Of a stretch of DNA of 44,492 bases, positions 1 to 9,920 are shown one piece after another. The stretch lies in assembly GCA_048497895.1 (NCBI GenBank), contig JBEHZA010000002.1, forward strand, positions 1 to 44,492, in the 5' to 3' direction. The position numbers and the translations under genes were made by a program. Numbering within the stretch: the first letter of the stretch is position 1; each line of letters opens with the position of its first letter. This DNA comes from Verrucomicrobiota bacterium (GTDB lineage Bacteria > Verrucomicrobiota > Verrucomicrobiia > Limisphaerales > JBEHZA01). The notes below the pieces were generated by a model that was not told the origin of the DNA, ran no database searches, and saw nothing but the letters and a program-made list of their open reading frames with translations.

Positions 1-2
1 TT

Positions 3-1229
3 TTCTTCCGCGAAATCACGGAACGCGCCCGTCTGGAACAGCAATTGCGCCAGGCAGAGAAGCTTTCCGCCCTGGGCCAAATGATCTCGGGTGTCGCCCA
101 TGAATTGAACAACCCCCTGGCCGTCATCAAAGGTTACATGGAGTTGGTGCTCTCTCGGCACGAATTGGCCACTCATACCCGCACGGATTTGGAAAAAGTC
201 GCTCGGGAATGCAATCGGGCGGCCAAGCTGGTCAGCAACTTCCTCTCATTCGCACGGGAACAGCCAGCCCAGAAGGAGATGGTTGATCTCAACGAATTGA
301 TTCAGCGCGTCACGGAACTGCGCCGCTTTGACCTGCGCGTGGCTGGCGTTGAACTGACCTTGCAACTCGCGCCGGATTTGCCCCAGACACTGGCGGATGC
401 GGACCAAATCCAACAAGTAGCGCTTAATTTGGTCAACAATGCCGCTCAGGCCATGGTGGAAGGTGAACCGCCTCATAAGCTCTTTATTGGCAGCCAATCA
501 CGGGATGGCATGCTGGAAATTGTGATTCAAGATAACGGCCCCGGTGTGCCGGATGAAATCGCCGCACGCATCTTTGAACCGTTCTTTACCACCAAAGAAG
601 TCGGCACCGGCACTGGCCTGGGTTTATCGATTGCCCACAGCATTATGGCCGACCACGAAGGGCGCATTTATTATGAACATGCGCCCGGTGGCGGAGCCCG
701 GTTCGTCCTGGAATTTCCGATTCGTCAAGCTCCTACGCCGCGCCCTTCGGTCATCTCCGACACTCAGATTATTGTCAGCACGCCCAAGCCGGCCACTCCC
801 ACGCCTGCTCCCAATGCCCGGATTCTCATCCTGGACGACGAAAAATCCATCGCCGAACTGCTCAGCGAAATGCTGGGTATCCTGGGTTACCAACCCACCA
901 TGTGCAATTCCGCTCCGCAGGCGCTCGAACTCATCGATCAAAAGGAATTTGACGTCATTCTCTCGGATTTCCGCATGCCGGTCATGGATGGAGAAGAATT
1001 CTACAAACGGATGGTCGTCAAAAAGCCGGCGCTCGCCAAACGGATCATCTTCCTCACGGGGGACGTAGTCAACGAAGTCACTCAGGATTTCCTCCGTTCC
1101 ACTGGCAATCCGCACATCGCGAAGCCATTCCAACTGGATAACGTGGAGAAAGCAGTTGCCCGCGTACTGGCCGAAGCGGAACGCAATGCGAGTCAGACAC
1201 CCGTTAGCACTGCTGAAATGACAGTCTGA
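3..1229 (+). CDS. Hybrid sensor histidine kinase/response regulator (HisKA + HATPase_c + REC), 5'-partial
   Basis: H-box [10 protein letters not shown]-box NLVNNA, G1 DNGPG, F-box FEPFFTTK, G2 GTGLGL; C-terminal REC (ILILDDE...[10 protein letters not shown]...KPF). The frame is open from the window start ([20 protein letters not shown], a PAS-kinase linker), so the gene begins upstream of the window. Confidence 0.92.
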   Translation, partial: FFREITERARLEQQLRQAEKLSALGQMISGVAHELNNPLAVIKGYMELVLSRHELATHTRTDLEKVARECNRAAKLVSNFLSFAREQPAQKEMVDLNELIQRVTELRRFDLRVAGVELTLQLAPDLPQTLADADQIQQVALNLVNNAAQAMVEGEPPHKLFIGSQSRDGMLEIVIQDNGPGVPDEIAARIFEPFFTTKEVGTGTGLGLSIAHSIMADHEGRIYYEHAPGGGARFVLEFPIRQAPTPRPSVISDTQIIVSTPKPATPTPAPNARILILDDEKSIAELLSEMLGILGYQPTMCNSAPQALELIDQKEFDVILSDFRMPVMDGEEFYKRMVVKKPALAKRIIFLTGDVVNEVTQDFLRSTGNPHIAKPFQLDNVEKAVARVLAEAERNASQTPVSTAEMTV

Positions 1230-1277
1230 CGCCTTCCGGATCAACCGATGGCCGCGTGACCGGGTAATTTAGAACTT

Positions 1278-2630
1278 TTAGAACCTTGGCCGTGGCATAT
1301 TCCCGCCCCCCATGCCGCCCATCTTGCCCATCATCTTTTGCAGCTTGCCCATCTTTTTCATCATCTGCTGCATTTGATTGAAACGGTTCAGCAGATTGTT
1401 CAATTCAGCCACATTGACTCCGCTGCCTTTGGCAATGCGCACGCGGCGTTTGGCGTTTAAGATATTTGGATTGCGGCGCTCTTCCAAAGTCATGGAGCAA
1501 ATCATGCCTTCCATGCGGCTGAACTCTTTTTCACCCTTGCTCAAGTCAGCCCCTTTGATGGCTTCCGCACCACCCGGTAACATGCCCACAATCTTTTCCA
1601 ACGGCCCCAGCTTCTTCATCTGGCGCAGTTGCTCAAGAAAATCCTCCAGCGTGAACTGCCCCTTGCGCATCTTTTCTTCCAGCCGTTGCGCATCCTCAAG
1701 GTCCACCGCTTCCGCCGCCTTTTCCACCAGGCTCACCACGTCACCCATCCCCAGAATACGGGAGGTCATGCGTTCCGGATGAAACGGTTCAAAGTCATCC
1801 AGCTTTTCGCCGACGCCGACAAATTTGATCGGCTTGCCAGTGACCGATTTCAAACTTAAAGCCGCGCCACCGCGCGCATCGCCGTCCAATTTTGTCAGCA
1901 CCGCGCCAGTGATATTCAGCGCTTTATCAAAATGCGTCGCCACATTTACCGCTTCCTGACCCGTCGCGGCATCCAGCACGAGCAGAATTTCCTGCGGCTT
2001 GACCAGATCACGCAAACGGACCAGTTCCTGCACCAAAGGTTCATCGATCTGCAAACGGCCAGCCGTATCGAAAATCAGCGTGTTGCGGCCATTCGCCCGC
2101 GCGAACTCCTGCGCTTCGCGCGCAATCTTCAGCACATCGGTCTCGCCCTTGATCAGAAACACCGGCACGTCGAGCTGTTTGCCCAGCGTTTCCAATTGAT
2201 CCATGGCCGCCGGACGATACACGTCACAAGCCACCAACAACGGCAGCCGTCCCTGTTTTTGCAGCAGCTTGGCCAATTTGCCCGAGGAAGTCGTTTTGCC
2301 GGAACCATGCAAACCGACCATCATGATCGACGTCGGGCTCCCGCTGAGATTTAAAGCGGCATTGGTGGACCCGAGCAGCGCGACCAGTTCATCATGAATA
2401 ATCTTGATGATCTGCTGGCCGGGATGAATTGTCTGAATTACCTGCTGACCGATCGCCTTTTCTTTGACCGTCTCAATGAAATCACGGGCGACCTTGAAAT
2501 TAACGTCGGCATCCAGCAGCGCCATGCGCACGTCCCGCAACGAATCGCTGACGTTGGTCTCGGAAATCTTTCCGAGCCCGCGCAAGTTCTTGAACACGTT
2601 CTGCAGTTTGCCGCTTAAGGAATCGAACAT
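1278..2630 (-). CDS. ffh: Signal recognition particle protein Ffh
   Basis: NG domain with GLHGSGKTT, DTAGR and TKLDGDARGG; Met-rich M domain with RRVRIAKGSG. Confidence 0.98.
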   Translation of the reverse strand: MFDSLSGKLQNVFKNLRGLGKISETNVSDSLRDVRMALLDADVNFKVARDFIETVKEKAIGQQVIQTIHPGQQIIKIIHDELVALLGSTNAALNLSGSPTSIMMVGLHGSGKTTSSGKLAKLLQKQGRLPLLVACDVYRPAAMDQLETLGKQLDVPVFLIKGETDVLKIAREAQEFARANGRNTLIFDTAGRLQIDEPLVQELVRLRDLVKPQEILLVLDAATGQEAVNVATHFDKALNITGAVLTKLDGDARGGAALSLKSVTGKPIKFVGVGEKLDDFEPFHPERMTSRILGMGDVVSLVEKAAEAVDLEDAQRLEEKMRKGQFTLEDFLEQLRQMKKLGPLEKIVGMLPGGAEAIKGADLSKGEKEFSRMEGMICSMTLEERRNPNILNAKRRVRIAKGSGVNVAELNNLLNRFNQMQQMMKKMGKLQKMMGKMGGMGGGNMPRPRF

Positions 2631-2770
2631 GGCGTTACGCTAGCTCGAATCTTTCTGGCTGTCATCGCGAAATATTACCGTGATGACAAACACTCGTGCC
2701 TCTGCCTTTCCCATTGAATTCCTGAAGAATCCGGCCATCCTGAACGTCATCACCTTGGCTCTGCGCGTTT

Positions 2771-3724
2771 ATGCGTCCATTAAACCAGCTTTCCCGTCGC
2801 CGTTTCCTCACCCGCTCCGCCATCCTGCTTGCTGTCAGCCAGCTTCCACCTCCGCTCGAAGCCGCTGACCTCGTAGAACCGATCATCGACATCCATCAGC
2901 ACACCCACTACACCGGCCGCACCGACGACCAGCTTTACGCCCATCAAAAAGCCATGGGTGTAACCCAAACCATTCTTCTGCCCGCCGGACGAGTAATCGA
3001 CCAGCCGTCCACTCACAATGGAAAGTCCAACGGCCTGGCCGCGCAATGCGGCGGCAATGAAACGGCGGTCGAATTCGCGAAACACTACCCGCAGGAATAT
3101 GTTTTCTTCGCCAATGAAGTGGCGGATTTACCGGATGCCCGGGCCGAAATTGAGAAATATTTGAAGCTCGGTGCGCTCGGGATTGGCGAACAAAAATTTG
3201 GCGTCGATTGTGATTCGCGCGCCATCGAAATTCTGGCGGAGTTGGCTCAAGAATACCACGTGCCCATCCTGCTCCACTTTCAGCATATGATGTACAATCT
3301 GGGCTTCGACCGTTTCCACAAGGTGCTGGAGAAGTTTCCCAAGGTGAATTTCATTGGTCATGCTCAAACCTGGTGGGCCAACATTGATAAGAATTATACC
3401 GATCCGACCGTGCTCTACCCGATGGGCAAAGTCACGCCGGGCGGCGTTACCGACCGTTTGCTGACGGATTACCCGAATATGTACGCGGATATGTCCGCGG
3501 GCTCAGGTCTGAACTCGCTCATCCGCGATGAAGAACATACGCGTGGATTTCTGGAACGGCATCAGGATAAAATCCTGTACGGCAGCGATTGCACCGATAC
3601 CATTGGCCGCGGTCCCGGTTGTCAGGGTGCGCAAACGATTGCGGCCTTGCGCCGTCTGGCGCCCACCAAAGCGATTGAACGCAAGATTCTTTACGGGAAC
3701 GCGAAAAAACTGTTTCGTCTTTAA
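2771..3724 (+). CDS. Amidohydrolase family protein (Amidohydro_2-like) with Tat signal
   Basis: SRRRFL twin-arginine motif, IIDIHQH metal motif, GIGEQK, ILLHF, FIGHA, ILYGSD and C-terminal ILYGNAKKLF. Confidence 0.85.
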   Translation: MRPLNQLSRRRFLTRSAILLAVSQLPPPLEAADLVEPIIDIHQHTHYTGRTDDQLYAHQKAMGVTQTILLPAGRVIDQPSTHNGKSNGLAAQCGGNETAVEFAKHYPQEYVFFANEVADLPDARAEIEKYLKLGALGIGEQKFGVDCDSRAIEILAELAQEYHVPILLHFQHMMYNLGFDRFHKVLEKFPKVNFIGHAQTWWANIDKNYTDPTVLYPMGKVTPGGVTDRLLTDYPNMYADMSAGSGLNSLIRDEEHTRGFLERHQDKILYGSDCTDTIGRGPGCQGAQTIAALRRLAPTKAIERKILYGNAKKLFRL

Positions 3725-3752
3725 TTCCCGGTTTCCCAAGCAACCGGTCTGG

Positions 3753-4697
3753 CTACTTCTTTAAATTCTTGTCGAAGAATGCCAACACGGCCGCGTTCAG
3801 CCCATTGCGATCCGGCTCTGCCGCAGGCTCACCCGGCGCGGCCTGCATATTGTGCCCGCCCCCTTTCACGGTAATGAGGTCTGCGGATACTTTGGCCTTT
3901 TGAAGCGCGGCCAATAACCGTTCGGACTGCTCATGCGGCACGGTGCGGTCTTTATCACCATGGACAATCAGGAATGGTGGCGCATCCGATTTCACGTATA
4001 CAATCGGGCTGCCCTGCTTCCAGAGTTCCGGCTTTTCCGTGTGCGAAGCGCCAAATAAACCCAGCAACGCGGGTGGATCCTTTTCCCCCGCCCCCTGAAT
4101 ATCGGACGACTTCATCGTAAAATCAGCCGGGCCACAATAATCCACTACGGCCTGCACCCGGCTGCTCACTCCTCCGTAGCCACCCTTCCCCTCAAATTGT
4201 TTTTCCTCCCCCATCGTGCCGAGGCAGGCAACCAGATGCCCACCAGCACTGGAACCCCAACACCCAATCCGGTCAGGATCGACATTGTATTTCTTGGCGT
4301 TGGCCCGCAGCCAGCGCACAGCCAGCTTGCAATCTTCAATCTGTGCCGGCCATTTGGCTTCACTGCTCAGACGGTATTCAATGCTGGCGGTAAAATATCC
4401 TTTCGTGGCAAGCATCATTGCCGAATTGGATTTATGCGATCCCGCCGACCAACCGCCTCCATGAATCCAAAGCACGGCGGGCATCGGGGTCTTCGCCGGT
4501 TCTTTCGGTTGCGCAATCTCGGCGTGAAGTGAGCGATCACCGCCTTTGCCGATCTCAACGTCGTGAATGATTTCCACTCCGGGAGGAGTGCGCGGCGCCG
4601 ATGAAGTTTTGGCTGCGGGCGGTTGACTGGCCGGTTCAGCCGCATGAACCAGGTTGAGTGAGCAAAATAGAACCAGAGACCAGCGCAGGGCTTTCAT
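3753..4697 (-). CDS. Secreted alpha/beta hydrolase (HSL/BD-FAE-like esterase)
   Basis: HGGGW oxyanion motif, GSSAGG nucleophile elbow, HGDKD and GGGH. Signal peptide from the ATG at 4697 (MKALRWSLVLF...HA), chosen over the ORF-track start at 4748. Confidence 0.88.
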   Translation of the reverse strand: MKALRWSLVLFCSLNLVHAAEPASQPPAAKTSSAPRTPPGVEIIHDVEIGKGGDRSLHAEIAQPKEPAKTPMPAVLWIHGGGWSAGSHKSNSAMMLATKGYFTASIEYRLSSEAKWPAQIEDCKLAVRWLRANAKKYNVDPDRIGCWGSSAGGHLVACLGTMGEEKQFEGKGGYGGVSSRVQAVVDYCGPADFTMKSSDIQGAGEKDPPALLGLFGASHTEKPELWKQGSPIVYVKSDAPPFLIVHGDKDRTVPHEQSERLLAALQKAKVSADLITVKGGGHNMQAAPGEPAAEPDRNGLNAAVLAFFDKNLKK

Positions 4698-4768
4698 GTC
4701 CGCTAGAAAACCAAAAAAGAAGTGTCGTTGCAACTCTGGTGAAGCCAACCACAGCGCACTGAATACTC

Positions 4769-5248
4769 TTACAGGACGGAAGCAATTTTATACGCGCTGC
4801 GCGAACCCCCAATATCCATTTGCAGCCGATCGCCTTGCTTTTTGCCCACGAGTTGCTGCCCCAGCGGAGATTGCGGAGTAATCACCAGAATCTCTTTTTT
4901 CAAATGCACGATCTCAGTTCCCCCAGCCCGTGGTCCGATGAAATAGTATGAATGCTCTCCCTTCCCTTCCAGCTCCACAAAAGCTCCCAGATCAACCGGA
5001 TCCTGAGCCCCGAAATCGCGCACGATCAATTTCTCAAACTGCTCAATGGCCAGTTCCATTTCCGTGATTTGCTTCGATTGGCCGCGGGCGAGGTAAGAAG
5101 CTTCCAGTCCGCGCGTGTCGTATTTGTTTTCAGCCTTGTTTTGCTCATGTGTGGCTTCGTCGCGGGAAGTGCGGGCGGCTTTGGTGTACAGCTCCAGCCC
5201 GGCAGTCAATTCAGCCACAATCTTTTTAACGAGCGCAGACTTGTTCAT
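4769..5248 (-). CDS. GreA/GreB-family transcription elongation factor-like protein
   Basis: N-terminal coiled coil with tip ENKYDTRGLEASYLA; C-terminal Gre domain (VITPQSPLGQQLVGKKQGD). Start reassigned to the ATG at 5248. Confidence 0.8.
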   Translation of the reverse strand: MNKSALVKKIVAELTAGLELYTKAARTSRDEATHEQNKAENKYDTRGLEASYLARGQSKQITEMELAIEQFEKLIVRDFGAQDPVDLGAFVELEGKGEHSYYFIGPRAGGTEIVHLKKEILVITPQSPLGQQLVGKKQGDRLQMDIGGSRSAYKIASVL

Positions 5249-5266
5249 AAAAAATGCCGGGGGGAT

Positions 5267-5297
5267 AAAACAAAAAGGAGCGCCCGGAGGCAACTCC
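5267..5297 (-). terminator. Rho-independent terminator after the DUF1080 gene
   Basis: Minus strand reads GGAGTTGCC-TCCG-GGCGCTCC followed by TTTTTGTTTT. Confidence 0.7.
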
Positions 5298-5330
5298 CAT
5301 TTGTCGTCCGCCAGAAAAAAGCAGCGCTGG

Positions 5331-5912
5331 TCAGGGCAATTCTTTGAGGCGAATATGGCGATATTCCATTTGGCCACGGTCGCCTTCCAGGCCGATGCCA
5401 CCTGTCTCCGGAACCTTGAGCGCAGCTTCGAGAACTTCACCGTTGCAGGTGCAGTAAGCCACCCCGCCCTTCACTGTGACTTCAATTTCGTTCCAATCCT
5501 GCGCCTTGTATTTCTTCAATTCTTTGTACGGCCCGGCCACGAGGTAATCGCGGCATTGCAACTGAGGTTTGCGAATGAAAATCCCGCTGTCGGCGTTGAT
5601 TTCCGCGCGAAACTCCAGCTTCAGGATGAAGTCTTTGGGAAACTGTTGCGTGGTCCACAGTTGTTGAATCAGGCGCGGTGTTTTGGGATGCACCGTGAGA
5701 ATGCCATCCTTGGCCGAATAACGCTCATCCATACTTACGGTTTTCCCATCGAAGTTATTCGTCTTGTAACCCCAGCCTGTCAGGTCTTTGCCGTTGAACA
5801 GACTGACGTAACCGGGTTCGAGTTTAAAATCATCGGCGTGGACAACGGTGATCGCCAGAGCAGCCAGACACAAGGCGATGCTGCCACGGCACAGGTATTG
5901 AATCAGGTTCAT
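5331..5912 (-). CDS. DUF1080 (3-keto-disaccharide hydrolase-like) secreted protein
   Basis: Signal peptide; LFNGKDLTGW, DFILKLEFR, DSGIFIR, WNEIEV, NG, GGIGLE, YRHIRLKEL. Confidence 0.88.
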   Translation of the reverse strand: MNLIQYLCRGSIALCLAALAITVVHADDFKLEPGYVSLFNGKDLTGWGYKTNNFDGKTVSMDERYSAKDGILTVHPKTPRLIQQLWTTQQFPKDFILKLEFRAEINADSGIFIRKPQLQCRDYLVAGPYKELKKYKAQDWNEIEVTVKGGVAYCTCNGEVLEAALKVPETGGIGLEGDRGQMEYRHIRLKELP

Positions 5913-5927
5913 ATTTTTAAAACCGGT

Positions 5928-6722
5928 TTAAATTTGTGAATAGCTGGTGGGCACGAGGAAAATATTAGAACTCTTCGAAACCGTGTCGGTGTATTGCGGA
6001 TCGTTTTTCAATTTACTCCAGGTGGCGTTTTTACCGAATCCGCCCCACTTGGCTTTGTGAGCCACCAGACTCTCGCTGGAAACCATGTAGGTCAGATGCG
6101 GCAGATTGCTGCCAATCAGCGCTTGCCCGTAGAAAATGGGGTTCAACCCCACTTCGTGCATGACCTGGATTTCTCCGGCATTAAACATTTCCACTTTCTT
6201 GAGCGCTTTCGCTTCGCTGAAGCTCTCGTAGGTGCGCAGCTCAAAAATGCGCGCCGTCTTTTCGCGCGAGTAAGCCGGCAGTTCGATCTTCGGCATGCCG
6301 GCAAAGGCGAGCAGGAACCAGCTCTCAATCCGGTCGAAAGCCGGACTGGCCTTGGTAACTTGCAGGTAATCTGCACCCGCTTTTTGATATTCCGGGTCGG
6401 CATGAAGTTGCGCCGTGACCGTGGCAAAAGCTTCCAATGAAGGATACGGAATCAGCACGTAAACGGCCGGGCCATCCTTGGGCTCGGATTCAGTAAAAAC
6501 ACCCACGGGTTTAACCCCCAACCGGTTCAGCGCCGGAATCGCAGCTTTCTCTAAAAAGGCATCCAGTAAATCGTGACTGGCGCCAGCTTTGAAACGGTAC
6601 ACCCGCAATTCATAATATTCGCGCGTGCCAGATTTTGCTTCCGCAGCCGTAACCGCTGCCGGACTCAAACCCGCCAGAGTAGATACAGCCAGAGAGGTTT
6701 TTAAAAACTCGCGTCTTTTCAT
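5928..6722 (-). CDS. NIPSNAP family protein with Tat signal
   Basis: MKRREFLK signal; two NIPSNAP repeats (YYELRVY, IFELRTY); ends LVPTSYSQI. Confidence 0.85.
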   Translation of the reverse strand: MKRREFLKTSLAVSTLAGLSPAAVTAAEAKSGTREYYELRVYRFKAGASHDLLDAFLEKAAIPALNRLGVKPVGVFTESEPKDGPAVYVLIPYPSLEAFATVTAQLHADPEYQKAGADYLQVTKASPAFDRIESWFLLAFAGMPKIELPAYSREKTARIFELRTYESFSEAKALKKVEMFNAGEIQVMHEVGLNPIFYGQALIGSNLPHLTYMVSSESLVAHKAKWGGFGKNATWSKLKNDPQYTDTVSKSSNIFLVPTSYSQI

Positions 6723-6871
6723 AAATGCCAAAGAAAAATCGTATCGGTGTTGGTAACGCGAACCATTGAAGCGATTTCCCGAAAACAAGGCCATCAAAAT
6801 CGCATCCCGGTGAAACTGGAATGACCTGCATCAACGGCTATCTACACCTTAAAAACCCGCGAACCCGCAGA

Positions 6872-8338
6872 CTATCGCGGCTTGATCTGTCGCAGCGGAC
6901 TGGACAACGTCAGCGTTGAACCATTCCGCGTGTCCTGATGCACGGTGACAAAATCGACTGTCTCCAGATCTCCCGCCAGAGTCACTTCGCCGGTAAAAGT
7001 TCCGCGCGCGGTCGGCTGGAGCGTTACGGATTGCCAGGCATCGTATTCCATGGCCAGCGTGTAATCAGGATGTTTGTTAACGCTCCACCACAGAGTATTC
7101 TTCTGCGGTTCGGAGTGATCCGGAAACGTGACCATGACGGTGAGCAACCGGACGGACTTATCCCAGCGCCATTTGATTTTCGGCGTGGCCACCAGCGGAC
7201 GGGCATGAAAGAAATGGTGCTGAGCGAAAGCATACAGATTTTCATTCACTTCCGGCAAAGAACCGACCTGCCGCAGAAAACCGGTTTCTTTGGAACCGCC
7301 ATGCTGACCGCCGGGAACTACATAAATCGGAAGATCAGGAAACCGTTCACCAAGTGTCGCCAGGCCGGGACTGACGTTGTCGTTCGCGCCTTCGTTATAG
7401 AAAATTTCCAAACCGCGCTTCCGCAAAGCCGGCAGGTAATTGGTAATACGCGAAACTTCCCAGGCCAGTGTGCTTGCCGCGCGAATCTCGCTCTCACTCC
7501 AGCCCGCTTCCCGCGCTTGCTGCAAAGTAATCCGTTCATCCGCGCGGACTTTCTGCCGGTACACGAGCGCCGCTTGCGCTGAAACCGGGGCATTGGTGAT
7601 TTTGCCCGCGCCCAGATCGGCGAGAAATTGCTCATTCATCCGGGTAATTTCGGGAGGCGCAGTCCCTTCCACATACGGGCCACCCGGACTATCGATAATG
7701 GGTGCCACCACCGGCAGAATAGCCGTGACGCGACTATCAAATATTCCCGCCGCGGCAGTCGCCACGCCCCGCTTGGAACCTCCGGTCACCAATACCTTCT
7801 GCGGCTGAAACACGTCCTTTTCGGCCATCGCAGCCGTAATCGCCCGCATATCACTCATGCCCCAAATCCACGCGGGCGTGTATCGGGCATCTTTGGTCTT
7901 CAGGAAATGCTCCTTCATCCCCACGTCCAGTTTTCCCACCGGTGCCATGGTATCCACAGTATCCATGCCAATCAGCACCACCCCCACTCCATTTTCTTTG
8001 AGCAGACGCAGCATCGCGCCGGAAGGTAGAGCGGCCTTCACCGGCAGCCCGGCATTGCTGATAATCACGTTGGTGCACACGCCGCCCGTGGCCAGAACGT
8101 TGAAAGTAACCGGCAGGCGCACCTTTTGGCCCGCCCACCATTCACAGATCGTAATCTCAACCAGCTTTTGCTTCACGGTGGGATCTTTGGCAGCGGGATG
8201 CCAATCCTCCACCACGCGCGTCTCCAACGTCGAAGCATCTCTCACCGCGGCCAGATCATATTTGCCAGCGACAACTTCCGCCTGCAAAGCGGTGAACCCG
8301 ACGGATAAAGCCAACGAAAAAGCGATAAGGGATTTCAT
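6872..8338 (-). CDS. Secreted PqaA-like alpha/beta-hydrolase-fold protein
   Basis: Signal peptide; VTGGSKRG elbow resembling the PqaA GxSKRG motif; candidate acid (GANDN) and His (GGQHG). Confidence 0.6.
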   Translation of the reverse strand: MKSLIAFSLALSVGFTALQAEVVAGKYDLAAVRDASTLETRVVEDWHPAAKDPTVKQKLVEITICEWWAGQKVRLPVTFNVLATGGVCTNVIISNAGLPVKAALPSGAMLRLLKENGVGVVLIGMDTVDTMAPVGKLDVGMKEHFLKTKDARYTPAWIWGMSDMRAITAAMAEKDVFQPQKVLVTGGSKRGVATAAAGIFDSRVTAILPVVAPIIDSPGGPYVEGTAPPEITRMNEQFLADLGAGKITNAPVSAQAALVYRQKVRADERITLQQAREAGWSESEIRAASTLAWEVSRITNYLPALRKRGLEIFYNEGANDNVSPGLATLGERFPDLPIYVVPGGQHGGSKETGFLRQVGSLPEVNENLYAFAQHHFFHARPLVATPKIKWRWDKSVRLLTVMVTFPDHSEPQKNTLWWSVNKHPDYTLAMEYDAWQSVTLQPTARGTFTGEVTLAGDLETVDFVTVHQDTRNGSTLTLSSPLRQIKPR

Positions 8339-8485
8339 GTTTAGTGAACGAATGGACGTTGCGGCGGTAAAAGATATTCGGAAGGCGATGCGGGCGTGGC
8401 TTTTTAGCGGCGTCCTTTGACCTGTCTCCTAGCCAGAAAGCAGTTGTGCTTCCCCCCTGTTTCACCTACTAATGTCATTACTGCC

Positions 8486-9763
8486 ATGAATGCACGCCCT
8501 ATGCAATTGGTCGCCAGCCTCGTCTGCGCCGCTTCCGTTGGAACTACCCTTTTTGCCGCCTCTTCGGATTGGCCGCAGTGGCATGGGCCGGCACGGGATG
8601 GTTATGCCGCGCCGGATGCACCCGCCGTCGGCTCGCTCCCCGGTGAATTGAAGCCCATCTGGAAACTGAACATTGGTGGCGGCTTTTCCGGGGCCGTGAT
8701 TGCGAATGGCAAACTCATTTACCTCGATGAGGCCGAAGGTCAGGAAATCGCCCATGCCGTGGATGCCGCCACCGGCAAGGAATTGTGGAAAACGCCTTAC
8801 TCCCCGGTCTATACAGATGAGTGGGGCGCTGGCCCTCGTTCCACTCCCATTATTGAAAACGACCGTGTTTACGTACAGTCCTGCTCCGGTGAATTCCGTT
8901 GTTTGAAACTGGCCGATGGCAAAGTGATTTGGGGCACCAGCTTTGATCAAAATTTCGGGGTTAAATTTCTCGGCAGCAAAGCCCAATCCGGCACCGCCTC
9001 GCGTCGTGGCAATAACGGCTCCGGCGTCATTGATGGCAACTCCATCTACCTGCCCGTAGGCAGCACCGAAGGCGCCAGTGTGGTGGCCTTCGATAAAATG
9101 AATGGCAAGGTTCTGTGGAAAACCGGCGACGATGAAGCCGCTTATTCTTCGTTCCGCATGGCCACGTTTGCCGGTGTGAAACAAGTCGTCGCATTTACCG
9201 CCGATGCCTTGATGGGCGTGGAAGCCAGTTCCGGCAAAATCCTGTGGCGCCTGCCCTTGAAAACCGGGGCCAAACGTCATGCCTGCACACCAGTCATTAT
9301 CGGGGACACGATCACTGTTAACTCGCAAACCATCGGCCTCGTCTCCTTCAAAATCACCAAAGGCGCGGACGGTTTTCAAATCACCCAGCTATGGGCCAAT
9401 AAGCAACTGAAGATCAACCTCTCCACCCCCGTGTATGTAGATGGTTATTTCTACACGCAAGGAGCGGCTAAAGATTTTGTGTGTGTCGATGCGAAAACCG
9501 GAGCCACCGTTTGGTCGCAACCGGGCTTCGGCAAGGATTACTCCTCTACCCTGGTTGCCGGCAAAAACCTGCTCGTGCTGTCCGATGACGGCCAATTATT
9601 TCTGCTCGCGGCGGACCCCCAGAAATACCACGAAATCGCCCGCTTGCAGGTTTGCGGCAAAACCTGGAGCTTTCCGGCGTATGCTGGTGGACGGTTGTAC
9701 GTGCGCGATGGCAAACAACTGCTCTGCATCGATCTGCTTCCCGTTAAGACGGCTTCCCGTTAA
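8486..9763 (+). CDS. PQQ-binding-like beta-propeller repeat protein
   Basis: Signal peptide; DWPQWHGP; repeated DAxTGxxxW blades; ends GRLYVRDGKQLLCIDL. Start set at the ATG at 8486. Confidence 0.88.
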   Translation: MNARPMQLVASLVCAASVGTTLFAASSDWPQWHGPARDGYAAPDAPAVGSLPGELKPIWKLNIGGGFSGAVIANGKLIYLDEAEGQEIAHAVDAATGKELWKTPYSPVYTDEWGAGPRSTPIIENDRVYVQSCSGEFRCLKLADGKVIWGTSFDQNFGVKFLGSKAQSGTASRRGNNGSGVIDGNSIYLPVGSTEGASVVAFDKMNGKVLWKTGDDEAAYSSFRMATFAGVKQVVAFTADALMGVEASSGKILWRLPLKTGAKRHACTPVIIGDTITVNSQTIGLVSFKITKGADGFQITQLWANKQLKINLSTPVYVDGYFYTQGAAKDFVCVDAKTGATVWSQPGFGKDYSSTLVAGKNLLVLSDDGQLFLLAADPQKYHEIARLQVCGKTWSFPAYAGGRLYVRDGKQLLCIDLLPVKTASR

Positions 9764-9832
9764 TTTGTTCTCTCTTCGTCTGAAGCCTTATTTCCTTCAA
9801 GGTATCGGAACACTTTAGTGCGTCTTTACCTG

Positions 9833-9861
9833 TTGAACCCGCGTATGTCGCGGTTTATGCT
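9833..9861 (+). promoter_or_regulatory. Putative sigma70 promoter of the DUF1549/1553-DUF1501 operon
   Basis: TTGAAC-17 nt-TATGCT about 60 nt upstream of the ATG at 9921. Confidence 0.45.
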
Positions 9862-9920
9862 TTCACCTAAGTTCGGGACAAGTGGTTTTCTGTGGTCATC
9901 ACTGGGCCCATTAAACATTC

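Noticed and set aside
7-17. 11-mer TCCGCGAAATC shared by the window start (7-17) and end (44461-44471)
   Set aside because: Too short, with different flanks; not a terminal overlap or evidence of circularity. Probably chance, though worth remembering when checking the rpsL junction.
1230-1277. Bidirectional terminator between the kinase and ffh
   Set aside because: Only a weak CCGG.TCA/TGACCGG stem with no convincing U-tract.
4698-5440. ORF-track N-terminal extensions of the esterase and Gre-like genes (similarly NIPSNAP, map, rplR, rplC)
   Set aside because: They run through terminators or neighbouring genes, or precede clear signal peptides and family N-termini; downstream ATGs fit better.
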